DNA of 63,887 bases, the filler included, from Octopus bimaculoides (taxonomy: Eukaryota), in assembly GCF_001194135.2 (NCBI RefSeq). It is 6 parts of 6 records of this genome, joined end to end, with 100 filler letters (N's around TTAATTAATTAA, not from the genome) between each part and the next. Parts side by side here need not be neighbours in the genome. Positions count along the whole stretch, not along the records: positions 22,040 to 50,841 come from NC_068989.1; 5 more parts are not named here. The stretch is one strand, 5' to 3'. Both the position numbers and the translations under genes were made by a program. Under the pieces are notes generated by a model, which was given only the letters and a program-made list of their open reading frames with translations, had not been told where the DNA came from and did not search any database. Shown in pieces: positions 38,451 through 49,269 of the stretch. Every line of letters begins with the position of its first letter. The first letter of the stretch is position 1.

Positions 38451-38483
<33 letters not shown>

Positions 38484-38564
38484 CTTTTAAGTTCGTTTAC
38501 GGGAAGCGTAAACGAACTTATTCTGTTATGCCGCCTACAGCCCCACGATACCAACTAGCAATAC

Positions 38565-38690
38565 TAGTTTTTTTTTTTTTGGTGGTGGATGCACTGACCC
38601 CGGCGGCGTTTGAACTCAGAACGTGAAGACAGACGGCATACGGCTAAGCATTTCACCCGGCGTGCCAAAGATTCTGCCACCTCACCGCCT
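38565..38690 (-). mobile_element. SINE 5' half (GGCGGTGAGG family)
   Basis: TTTGAACTCAGAACGTGAAGAC...GATTCTGCCACCTCACCGCC. Confidence 0.8.
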
Positions 38691-40566
38691 TTATAATAAT
38701 AAAGAATAATAATAAGGAGCGTNNNNNNNNNNNNNNNNNNNNNNNNNNNNNNNNNNNNNNNNNNNNNNNNNNNNNNNNNNNNNNNNNNNNNNNNNNNNNN
38801 NNNNNNNNNNNNNNNNNNNNNNNNNNGTGCCGACTACATAAACAAACGATTCTGAAACAATTCTATCGGTGATAGGGCTAGGGTTAGGGTAAAACAGCAA
38901 ATTTAAAAAGCAAAAAGCAAAACGAAGCTATGGAAATTAAATACGCTTTACACCGCTTAATCAGCCAAAGGAGTAAATGTAAACAACTGAATACTCGTCA
39001 GTGATTGGTTGAAATTATCGAAATAAGACAATTTTTTACATGAAATAAATTCGAATACAAAAATATTTTTCTGTTCTATAACACAAAATAGATAAGTATA
39101 CGAAGTTTGAAAGTCTTTCGGTACCAAAAACACTACGTAAAACATTAATGAAAAATGTGGCCCCCGTTTTAAAAAAGATCCATGTTATGTAATAGAAATA
39201 TATAATTATAATTTCATAGTTCGTTCGCTTCTTCAGATATCTGGATTTGAAAACGCAATCATTCATACAATAAGTCTGTGATGGATATATTTATATCACA
39301 TTATATCTTTTATCTTACAATAATTCTGTTTATCACTCAGTTACTTAGCACGTCCGAAACGTGATTAGTTGAAGAGGGGAGGGGAAGAAGTGGTGGTAAG
39401 TAAAATGTATAATTTTTTAAACTAAGTTTCTGTCCTCCGAACACCACTCTGAGTTTTAATAACTCTTATGCCTGGTGTTCAATTCCAGTGGTAAAAAAAA
39501 AAAAAACCAGCACACACTCTGATTTTATTATTCTTTTTCTTAATGATCACAATTATTGCTGCCCATTCAGAATATTCCACTTTCTGGATAACACCAATTT
39601 CTCTACTCTCTCTAATTCTAAGTTTATCTGTTCTAACTCTGCAAACAGTACAGTTCATTTTTGTTTAAATGTCGGTATGACGTTCTCTTGTATTTGAAAC
39701 TGCGCCTTCGTTTTGGTAGACCTATTTCATCGGACAGAACTTCACGAAAAATGTTTTTCATTCATTTTTTTAATTCGTCTTATTTGTACTAGATGAATAA
39801 TCTTTCACCTTTTTACAGAAAAGATTTATGGGGAGGTCCCATAAGTTAAACAATTTCATCCGACAGTTCCAAACAAGTTTGTATTATTTAACCCCAAAAC
39901 TTTTACTTTTAATGTTTTTTCAACGAAATGTTACTTATCAATTCACCTTTGAACTATAATTTTTTTCCTAAAACGCCACGGGCAATTTTCAAGGTTTCAT
40001 TTAATTTAAGTCTCCGGATCTTTTTTCCATGTATCTGTGTTAATTATTGAGATGTCACTGCCTGCAGCTAAAACGTGCAACAGATTAAGTCTAGCACTCA
40101 AATAGGAAACAAAATACTTCTGGGGTGAAATGCATCTCCGTTAGTGCAATTGTGATAATAGGTCGTGTGCTGTCTTGATGTTTTAAGGAGGAGAGTCTTC
40201 ACGAGGATTGTATTTTAAGGGCTGAATACTATGATAGAGAATATTGAGAATATTGAAATAGAGAAACAGAGAGTGGAGGTAGAAAATTACATACAAAAAT
40301 AAAGAAATGTAAAAATAGAAGGAAGCGAAGAAAGTAGTTGAAATAGAAATATATTTTGATTGGATATTAGGATAAAATTTACAGGAGCGAGATTCATCTT
40401 TGAAATTAAGTTCAGGATATTACCAGTACTTAAGTTTTTATACCTAAAAGAGGTGAAATACTGATACTATCGTAAGAGTCGAGTGCAAAATTAAGACACT
40501 AATTGATCCTGGCAAGAACTGAGATGTTTAATAATCTCTGAAATTCTTTGAATTCTAGCTTACCTG

Positions 40567-40706
40567 TCAACAAAAGTCATAATTCTGAGTTTCCAATTCT
40601 TTTTCAGACGCTTCTTGGTAGGCGAATGTCACTGAATTATAGTAGTTACCACTGGACACCATACGGACAACTGAGTGCCCACAGCCCAGCAAAACGCCAG
40701 GGTTAT
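40567..40706 (-). CDS. CRHBP: Corticotropin-releasing factor-binding protein, last coding exon
   Basis: Acceptor TTCTTCTCTCTGTTCACAG; phase 1; (Y)NPGVLLGCGHSVVRMVSSGNYYNSVTFAYQEASEKELETQNYDFC*. Matches the recalled human GCDNTVVRMVSSGKHVNRVTFEYRQL...ELE...FC. Confidence 0.9.
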
Positions 40707-42630
40707 CTGTGAACAGAGAGAAGAAAAGCTGTGATATATCTCTTGATTTAAAAACATAAATGACCAAATGACATTTAGAGTTAATTTTCTTGGCTAACAT
40801 AAGACAGAAGCAATTTTCTTGCAACTTTCGCATGAGAAATACATACTCTTGGGCTTAACCAAATTCCTATATTCCTTACCAGGAAGAAATTTGGGGTAGA
40901 AGTATTGGAACCCAATTCTGTATACCTAGATATAAATGAAAATATTCCATGTCCATTAATTTGTCACTGGCTAACTGTCACTGGTTTCCTCTTTGTGCAT
41001 TAATAGTGAGTCAGTTTAGGAAATCTACCCCTGTCTGAACAATGACTGGAACTAGAAATTATCTAAATGATGAAGGAAATGAAATGAATTAATCAGGATT
41101 TCGACCCTACTTCAAAGAAAAGTATAGTACTGAATGTAACCAAAGCTCGGTTTGATTACTTTACAGACTGAGGACAGAAAATCATTTCTTCTATGTCATA
41201 ATTGTAGATAAGAAATCGTTGTGATTGTCAGTGTTGCAAAAGAGAAGTAATTCGATTGTTGTAACCAGCTCTATACAAGCCCTTTTAGACGTTTGAAAGG
41301 TCTTACACCAGTTTGAACGTTAGAATACAAGCATCATCATTCATATAGTTACTTAGTTTACAAAAACGAACAACTTATTACTTTAAATGTGATGGCTAAA
41401 TTTTTTCATCAGAAAATACGATTGAAATTATAGTTATGAAGTGAAGCACTATATAGTGTGGAATTAAGTTCTCGAGGAATCAAATCGCTAAATCCATTTT
41501 CTATTCCTAAATTGAATTGCTACATTAATATTTTATACCATTGTTAAAATCGTATATACTAGATACTTAATGTGATGTCTCATGTACCTAAAAGACGAAT
41601 GTTTGAATGGTGTGTCGCAGTAAGATATTGATAAATTGAATATCGTATCGCATGAATAACGCAAACTTTCATATCACACACTTATCTGTCGATTATTCTA
41701 AAAGAATATAGGAAACGGACATTAACAACTTAGAATTAATGTCTACTGTTGGCTTTAGAGAATAGGAGAAATGCGTATGCACAAAATAATATTAAAGATA
41801 CTCCCTCTAGTAAACATTATGGTAAAGCACTGACTTCCAATCGGAGTCAAATGAAAGCATTAAATTCAAACGGAAAGAATACGAGGGGCTTTAGGTAAAA
41901 GAAAATACAGGAGGATCAGTTAATTATGATTTTATTCGACATATTCCCCTCCCCGATTCACACGCTCATTGCCACGGTTCTTCAGTTTGTCTAAGCCCTG
42001 TGTAGAAACTCGGAAGGCTCAGCTTCCAACTAGACCTTTCGCGATAGCCTTAAACCTAGGAACATTTTGGCAGGTAAAAATGTTAGCAGATATAAATGTT
42101 TACCAGATAAAAATGTTTAGTAGATAAAAATGTTAATAAGGATACTGTTAGTGTAGCATAATCAGCCCGAGCTTAAAATATAAACTAAACCTGAATTGAA
42201 GTATGAAAATATTGAATCTACTCGAACAACCGCATCCATAATATAACACTAACGACGATATTAGCTTTCTAAACAGCATTAAGTATACTGTATTGCTTTA
42301 CACCGCACCATTATATTCTTCTGCCAAGCTAGCGAACAAGCTTTTGATGGATCACTTGACTCTCTAGAAATAGTATCAAAACCGCCTTCAAATCAAAACT
42401 TATTGTCTGAAATAGGATTAAATATATTAGATAAAGTAATCCCTGGATATGATATGCTAGAAAAGAAGACGAGATTCTCATGACTAATGTACCGGTCGAA
42501 GATGGAAATTAGAAATATTTGTTCCATTAAATTTCTTAACAAATATAATCATAGTACAATAATATCATCAATTAGAAAAAAAATCAACAACATCAGCGAT
42601 AACAAGACGCGAAGTTGCTTTTATACTCAC

Positions 42631-42745
42631 ATCGATTATAACGAGAAGTTCCGCAGATAGAAGTCGAAGTGTATTGCATAAACCTAGGATCAAGTCCATC
42701 GCCCGTCTTTAACTGGAAGTAATCGCTACCGCCTCGTTTCATGCA
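42631..42745 (-). CDS. CRHBP: Corticotropin-releasing factor-binding protein, penultimate coding exon
   Basis: TTCTTTATTTCAG|TGC...CGA T|GTGAGT; CMKRGGSDYFQLKTGDGLDPRFMQYTSTSICGTSRYNR (recalled human CEGIGDFVELLGGTGLDPSKM...LC). The phase-1 end joins the next exon in frame. Confidence 0.9.
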
Positions 42746-43448
42746 CTGAAATAAAGAATTTAATCTTTTACATGTGGCATTGCATAAACATATGAAATTA
42801 AATTAGATTGCAGATGTCATTACCTGCAAAAAGTAATAAAGTAAAAGAAATGCAACTGTAATAAGAAAAAAAATCTATAAAAAAGATGAAGAAAAAGAAG
42901 GAGTGGAGCGGCTAAAGAGGCATGTTCTTTTGGTGTTTTAAATAACCATTATCTTTATCCTACTAGTTTATGGTTAGCATGTTTATGGCTAGCTTTGCAG
43001 AGACATTAAGAAATAAAAATGAACGGCCCTTCGTTAAATTAGAATGGCTGAAATGAAAAGGAAAAGAACTATTTCTATAAAAATGTTTTCACGTACACGT
43101 ACGCACGCACGCACACACATACGCGCATAAGCACACAAAAACATACACACACACACACACACGGTCTACATATAGTTAGGTAGATCTTTATTCTTTTGTA
43201 CTTTTGTTGCAAATCATCGGGCTACATTCTAGCGCGTAAATTCGATCATACAAACCCTAGTCCTTATTTCAGTCAGATATCCAAATATCCAACGTTCTCC
43301 GTTTTTCGAATGACTAAGTCACGTCTGGCATAAAAGGATGCGAACCGACATCAAATTACACCGATGAATGTAACAAAAAACCCCCACCGAATACACAGTA
43401 TACGGCTGCGAATATACAGACGAACATACATGCACACATAGAGGCGCG

Positions 43449-43499
<51 letters not shown>

Positions 43500-43935
43500 T
43501 CACACTCACAGAACAGGGTCTTGCATAGCTCCGTCCAGCAAATTCCACTAGTAAGGAACGTAATGTTCAAGTTAAGACAACTATCGAAACGCTGCGCAGT
43601 GAAATAAAACTCGGTATCAAGTGTTTGTGATTTTGAAAAACATATATAATACGCTCTTGACTTGCTTTATATTTTTCATGTTCTTAATATAATTCTCAAT
43701 TATTCTTTTTTCCTTTCTTGGTTACTTCCAGGCTCTCACATTTTCTTCTTAACATTTATTTGTCGCATTTTTATTACTTTGTAACACTTTTCCTCTCTGC
43801 TCCTTTTCTTTGCATCTTCCGTTTTATTTTTAATCGTTTTCTCACATTTTAAGTCTTAATTTAAGTCCATATTATTAACTTCCTCTAGACAATGTGCCAC
43901 CAAAGTAAATGACAAAAATATAATAATAATAATAA

Positions 43936-43987
<52 letters not shown>

Positions 43988-43988
<1 letters not shown>

Positions 43989-46232
43989 ATCCACTGAAAC
44001 GGCAAACCTACAAAATTACAGGTTACAGACCGATAACTTGTCTCCCTAAAATTTACAAAGCCTTTACTGCAATAATATCGCAGAGAACTAGCAAATATCT
44101 GGAAGAAAACAACCTGTTTCCAGAAGAGCAGAAAGGATGCTGCAAGGGCTCATTCGGCGTGAAGATCAGCTATTGATCAATAAAGCCATAAATTAAGACA
44201 GCTACAGAAAGAAGAAGGGTCTAAGTATGGCCTGGATCGAAAGGCTTTTGATAGTAGTCCCCACACATGGATACTGGAAACGCTAGCCATGAAGAGGGTC
44301 GCACCAATAAACATAAAGTATATAAAACATTCCATGAATAAATGCCACACAGCTCTGCACAAAAGATCGACTCGTAAAAACCAAATCCATCTCCATTAGA
44401 AGAGGAATATTCCAGGGAGACACGCTCTCTCTACTCTTTTTCTGCTTGGTACTGACACCTTTATCTGAGATACTAAATAGATCGTTGATATAACTGTTAA
44501 GGCAAAACAATTAGCCACCTCTTATATATATATATATATNNNNNNNNNNNNNNNNNNNNNNNNNNNNNNNNNNNNNNNNNNNNNNNNNNNNNNNNNNNNN
44601 NNNNNNNNNNNNNNNNNNNNNNNNNNNNNNNNNNNNNNNNNNNNNNNNNNNNNNNNNNNNNNNNNNNNNNNNNNNNNNNNNNNNNNNNNNNNNNNNNNNN
44701 NNTATATATATATATATGATCTAAAACTATACGCTACAAATGATAAATAGCTGCAAACCTTACTACAGACAGTACATAGATTTACCGAAGATTTAAACAA
44801 GAAATTTGGCTTAGAGAAGTGTGCCAAAGAAACCTTGAATAGAGAAAAAATAGTTAATAGTAGCAATATTACACTAGATAAAGCAAATGAAATAAGAGAA
44901 TTGGACCAAAGCCAGACATGCAAACACTTAGTAATTAATGAACAAAATACGATACAACACAAATAAATGAAAGAGAAGATAGAAAAGTATACTACAGAGA
45001 AGTTAGATTCCTAGTGAAAACAGAGCTGAATGCAAAAAAACAAGATAACAGGTATCAACACTCTAGCAGTCCCAGTAATAAGTTACAGCTACAATATCAT
45101 TAACTGGACACTAAACGTACTAATCAAAAGGGAACCAAAAAGATAATGACAGGATTTAGGATGTATCACCCCCAATTTGACAAACAAAAGTTATAGATAC
45201 AAGGTAGGGAAGGTAGTAGAGGCCTTATGCAGTTAGAAAACAACTATTACAAAATAACTACCGTATAACTACAGAGATACCTACTTCAGTAGCAATGAAA
45301 ACTAATACAAAATAACCATAAAACACGAACAAAACAAAGAAGTGTTTTCAGTATTTAAGGAGACTGACAAATACAAAAAAGAAGTCATAGTACCTAAGAA
45401 CTATGAAGAAAAATAAGAAACAACGAAAGCTGTAGAACAACTGAAATCCAAATTAAAACTGGAACATCAACGGATCATGATAAAACGATGGCAAGAAAAT
45501 CTCCCTTCTTGGCAAATATTGGGTTAAACTAAACAGAAATGAAATAGACAAAGTAAAATCCCAACAATGGCTGAGAAACGCTGGACTCAAAGTAGAGACT
45601 GAAGGATTATCAATTGCCGCTCAAGATCAAAGCCTTTCCACTAGAAATTAACGAAAACAAGTAATGAAAAGAAATGCAAGTGATTGCTGAATATGTGGAG
45701 ATACAGAAGAAACAATAAATCATATTGTCTCTGGCTGCCCAGTTCTAGCTAAGAAGGAATATATTCACAGACACGACAGACTTGGAACATATAGACACTG
45801 GAACCTATGCCAACACTGCAGAATAACAGCACAAAAAAGATGGCATAACCACACGTTCGAAAAGTTTACAGAAAATGAGAAAAATGCTTTCTAATTGATG
45901 TATCAATACCAGCAGATGACAACGTTTCTCTAAAAGAAATGGTTAAACTTTCAAAATACAAAGACCTGGAAATAGAGGTGACTCGAATGTGGAATCTAAA
46001 AACAGAAACAATTCCTATCATAGTAGGCGCATTATGTATATTCAGACAAATACATAGCGAAAACACTAGGACGTACAAGTATATATAGCATACAGAAAAT
46101 AGCACTACTGGGCACTACCCACATCCTATGCAAAACACTTTCAATACAGTAACCATAAGAGCATCACAGCACATACCCAAGGCACACAGAGCTGCGCTCG
46201 GTAGTGAAGTGAAAGCACGCTATAAAAATAAT
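43988..46232 (+). mobile_element. 5'-truncated R4/Dong-like non-LTR retrotransposon (RT + CCHC + restriction-like endonuclease), decayed
   Basis: YRPITCLP; EEQKGC; KAFDS.PH; RGIFQGDTLS; SHLLY[(TA)n]DLKLY; INTLAVP; GGRGL; IAAQDQSL; C..CGD.EETINHIVSGC...RHD; stop at 46150; short 3' UTR. Confidence 0.9.
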
Positions 46233-47064
46233 ACAGAATCGTGGGTAAGGCTTGAGCGAGGTGATTTGAAGCGTACCACCGAAAGCATGATCATTGCTGC
46301 ACAAGACCAGGCTCTCGCTACCAGTTCAGTGAAGTATAACATCTATAAAACCTCTGACAGCCAGAAATGCAGACTTTGTGGAAAGAGTGTGGAAAATGTG
46401 ACCCACTTGGTAAGTGGATGTGAGAGCCTTGCACAAAAAGAATACAAACTCCGCCACGACAAAGTGTGTGTGTATCTTCATTAGCTCTTATGCCGTAAAT
46501 ACTAATACGAAGTAAGAGAAAACTGGTACGAGCATATACCAAGTAAAGTTATGCGGGAGGATAGAAAAGTAACGATACTTTGGGACTATGATTTTCAGAC
46601 GGTTCGAGTAATCGAACACGGTCGGCCGGATATTGTCATATTGAATGAGAGAGACAAATGCTATCAGATCATTGATGTAGTCCGGCCGAATGACACGAAT
46701 ATTGTGAGTAAAGAGGTTAAAAAAATTACCAAGTACTCCGAATTGGAAGTGGAAATGGCAAGACTGTATGGAATGCGATGGTAATGTAAACGTGATACCA
46801 GTGGTGATCGGATCGCTGGGCTCAATCCCATTGAAACTTCAAAACTGCTTCAGGCAAATGGAAATCCCATGCAAGATCGATGTCTTGCAAAAAGCAACCT
46901 TATTGGGCACAGCGCAGACCTTAAGGGAAGTATTATCTGTCTGAGGTCATTGTTGTGACTTGACAGATGACTAAAAACTCCGGTGCATTTTTACCTACAC
47001 TGTGTTACGAAGGAATAACAACAACAACAACAACAACAAAAATAACAACAACAACAACAACAAC

Positions 47065-47108
<44 letters not shown>
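46233..47108 (+). mobile_element. Second, different R4/Dong-like element (3' part) with (AAC/AAT)n tail
   Basis: IIAAQDQAL...CRLCGKSVENVTHLVSGC...RHDKV; ILWD...RPDIV...IIDV...KITKYSEL (RLE); TGA at 46942; tail 47013-47108. Confidence 0.9.
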
Positions 47109-47109
<1 letters not shown>

Positions 47110-47340
47110 CCTTTCTAATATAGGAAGAAGGCCTGAAATTTGGGGGAGGGCTAACACCTTTATGCATATATGCATATATTTATATATTNNNNNNNNNNNN
47201 NNNNNNNNNNNNNNNNNNNNNNNNNNNNNNNNNNNNNNNNNNNNNNNNNNNNNNNNNNNNNNNNNNNNNNNNNNNNNNNNNNNNNATATATATATATATA
47301 TAAGAAAGTAAAGTTGTAAGATACCGCACGAGTAGAAATA

Positions 47341-47628
47341 TATATGAAAGAACGTTTGAAAATGCAAATTTAAAGATGTTTATTCAATTGACTGGTTTCA
47401 CCTGATTAGAAAAAGATTGTCAAATGTAAATCTTTGTATAAGCTTTGTTGGGTTTATCAAAGAATGTATGTATGTATTTTAATACTTTTGTGACAACCAG
47501 TACTTAACACAAAAAAGCTTATACAAAGCTTTATATTTTACTTTTGACAATCCTTTTCTAAAAACGTGAAACCAGTCAAGTGAATAAACATCTTTAGAAT
47601 TCCATTTTCAAACCTTCTTTCATATCTA
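47341..47628. repeat. Inverted pair of ~120-bp arms, each with a U3:A8 hammerhead-like motif
   Basis: The arms match as reverse complements (TATATGAAAGAA.GTTTGAAAATG...). Motifs at 47383-47430 (-) and 47537-47584 (+). Confidence 0.8.
47537..47584 (+). ncRNA. Hammerhead-like motif, U3:A8 core
   Basis: UUUACUU-UUGACAA-UCCUUUUCUAAAAACGU-GAAAC-CA-GUC-AAGUGAA: 7-bp stem I, imperfect stem II. Confidence 0.5.
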
Positions 47629-47662
47629 TACATATATATATATATATGTGTGTGTGTGTATG

Positions 47663-47711
<49 letters not shown>

Positions 47712-48583
47712 ATGTATGTATATATATATTTGTATATATTTATATTTATGTATGTTTACATATGTATGTATGTATGTAACTTAAAGCGTCCTTTGGACGG
47801 ATTAAGATACTCCACGAGTAGAGCAACTTAACGAGCAGATTGAAGAGATGACTGAAGTACTCGTCCATCGGACAGTTTATGTTGCTCTTCAATCAGATCG
47901 TTAACCTATCAAAGGTCAAATTTTAATTAACAGAGGAAAGCTGTCATTTATATAAACCCATGAAAACCCTAGGCACTTTTTCAGCGAGCTTCGTGTCTTC
48001 CGTTATCCTATGTAAAAGTAGAAATCCCTTCTATGTTAACATATTGAGATGTTTAACATAAGGGAATCGCTCGTATACAGGGAAAGCAAAAGTGCCCCAA
48101 ACGGCCTCAGTTTTAAACCGGGTGGTATAAAACTAAAATGTAAGCTCACAAAATATTCCGTCATAAAATCATGGGATCAATGATAGTCAAACAGACCGAA
48201 AATGGAATATTCTTAAGTCTTTGATTTATAGAGTAACCCTTAAATGAACTTTTCCGTACTATTGTTAACATCATGAGCAAAACGATAAATTCTACAAAGT
48301 CAAATGTTAAACTTAACATAGAAATATTTTAAGAATTCTTGGTTGTGAAATATGCATAACAACAAAAAAAATCTGAAAGAGACGTACCTTTTATTTCAAG
48401 TGCAAAGAATGAAAATAAATCCGAGGGAAAACAAAACAACGCCTTATGTTTGTAAACAGGAATGCATTAAAAACGAAAAGTCGTAGAAAGTTGAACAAGT
48501 GATCTTAAATTCTCAAACGCAGGATAATGCTAATAATATAGCCCGAGCAGGATAAAGTACCCCTACTTTGCAGAAAGAAGTGT

Positions 48584-48662
48584 TGGCGGCCGTCTATAAG
48601 ACTCGAACTCACACCTCCGTGATTACGCGGCGCGGAGCTCTGAACCATTAAGCTAACCCGCC
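48584..48662 (-). pseudogene. tRNA-like sequence (Thr/Ile-like; pseudogene or SINE head)
   Basis: GGCGGGTTAGCTTAATGGTTCAGAGC...GAGTTCGAGTC...GGCCGCCA. D arm and A/B boxes present; 9-nt anticodon loop; mismatched acceptor stem. Confidence 0.6.
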
Positions 48663-48814
48663 CTCACCACAAATTCCTTTGTAAATTTAAGATGTATAGA
48701 AATCTCACTTCATATGACGCTATCATACGTTAAATTCAAATTGCGATGAACGTAAACATGTGATGTCTTAGAAAGTTAAACAAGTGATTTTAAATTCTCA
48801 AACGTGTATTTGTG

Positions 48815-49232
48815 TCTGTACTTGTTACTCCCAACCCAATCACTTACAAACCGATGTTGGTGTGTTTAAGTTCCAGTAACATAGCGGTTCGGCAAAAGGC
48901 GAGCGACGGCTAGAGAAATATTGGACTTTATTTCATAACCAGTTAATCTAGCAAGCGAGGCTTCATATCAGTGAGGGGGCCGGTTCAAATTGATGCCGTC
49001 GAGAGGTAGGCCTCGAATCGGCGCGCATTCTCTACTGGTGACCCCATACACTTGCGGGCTTCTGGTTGTCGGAGTTCTCGACTGGTAACACTTGCATGTG
49101 CAAGTTGTTTGTTAGACAGTACTAGGCTTACAAAAAATAAATCCTGTGGTCGATTAGTTCGACCAACGGCGGTGCTTCTGCAAGGTAGGTGTCACATGAC
49201 TGAAACCAGTAAAAGGATAATAAAAACTACGT
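48815..49232 (+). mobile_element. 3' half of CORE-type SINE interrupted by ~190 bp of unrelated sequence
   Basis: AACCGATGTTGGTGTGTTT...AGCGGTTCGGCAAAAG, then GTACTAGGCTTACAAA...GACTGAAACCAGTAAAAG. Confidence 0.6.
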
Positions 49233-49241
49233 CATTTTAAT

Positions 49242-49269
49242 CCCGAGCAAGGCCGGGCATCTCTGCTAG
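49242..49269 (+). mobile_element. Helitron-type 3' terminus
   Basis: GC-rich hairpin CCCGAGCAAGGCCGGG followed by CATCTCTGCTAG. Confidence 0.5.

Noticed and set aside
40880-40925. 46-nt exon as a constitutive CRHBP exon (VYRIGFQYFYPKFLP)
   Set aside because: The exon at 42745-42631 matches CRHBP and joins 40706 in frame without it; kept only as a possible cassette exon.
41110-41360. Two exon-like segments (CKVIKPSFG..., NYMNDDAC...)
   Set aside because: In-frame stops or weak acceptors, no CRHBP similarity, and they lie inside the resolved intron.
43505-43560. Exon-like segment with a GTGAGT donor
   Set aside because: The donor comes from the (GT)n microsatellite edge and no frame resembles CRHBP.
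48584-48662. Functional tRNA gene
   Set aside because: 9-nt anticodon loop, mismatched acceptor stem and no clear T-run terminator.
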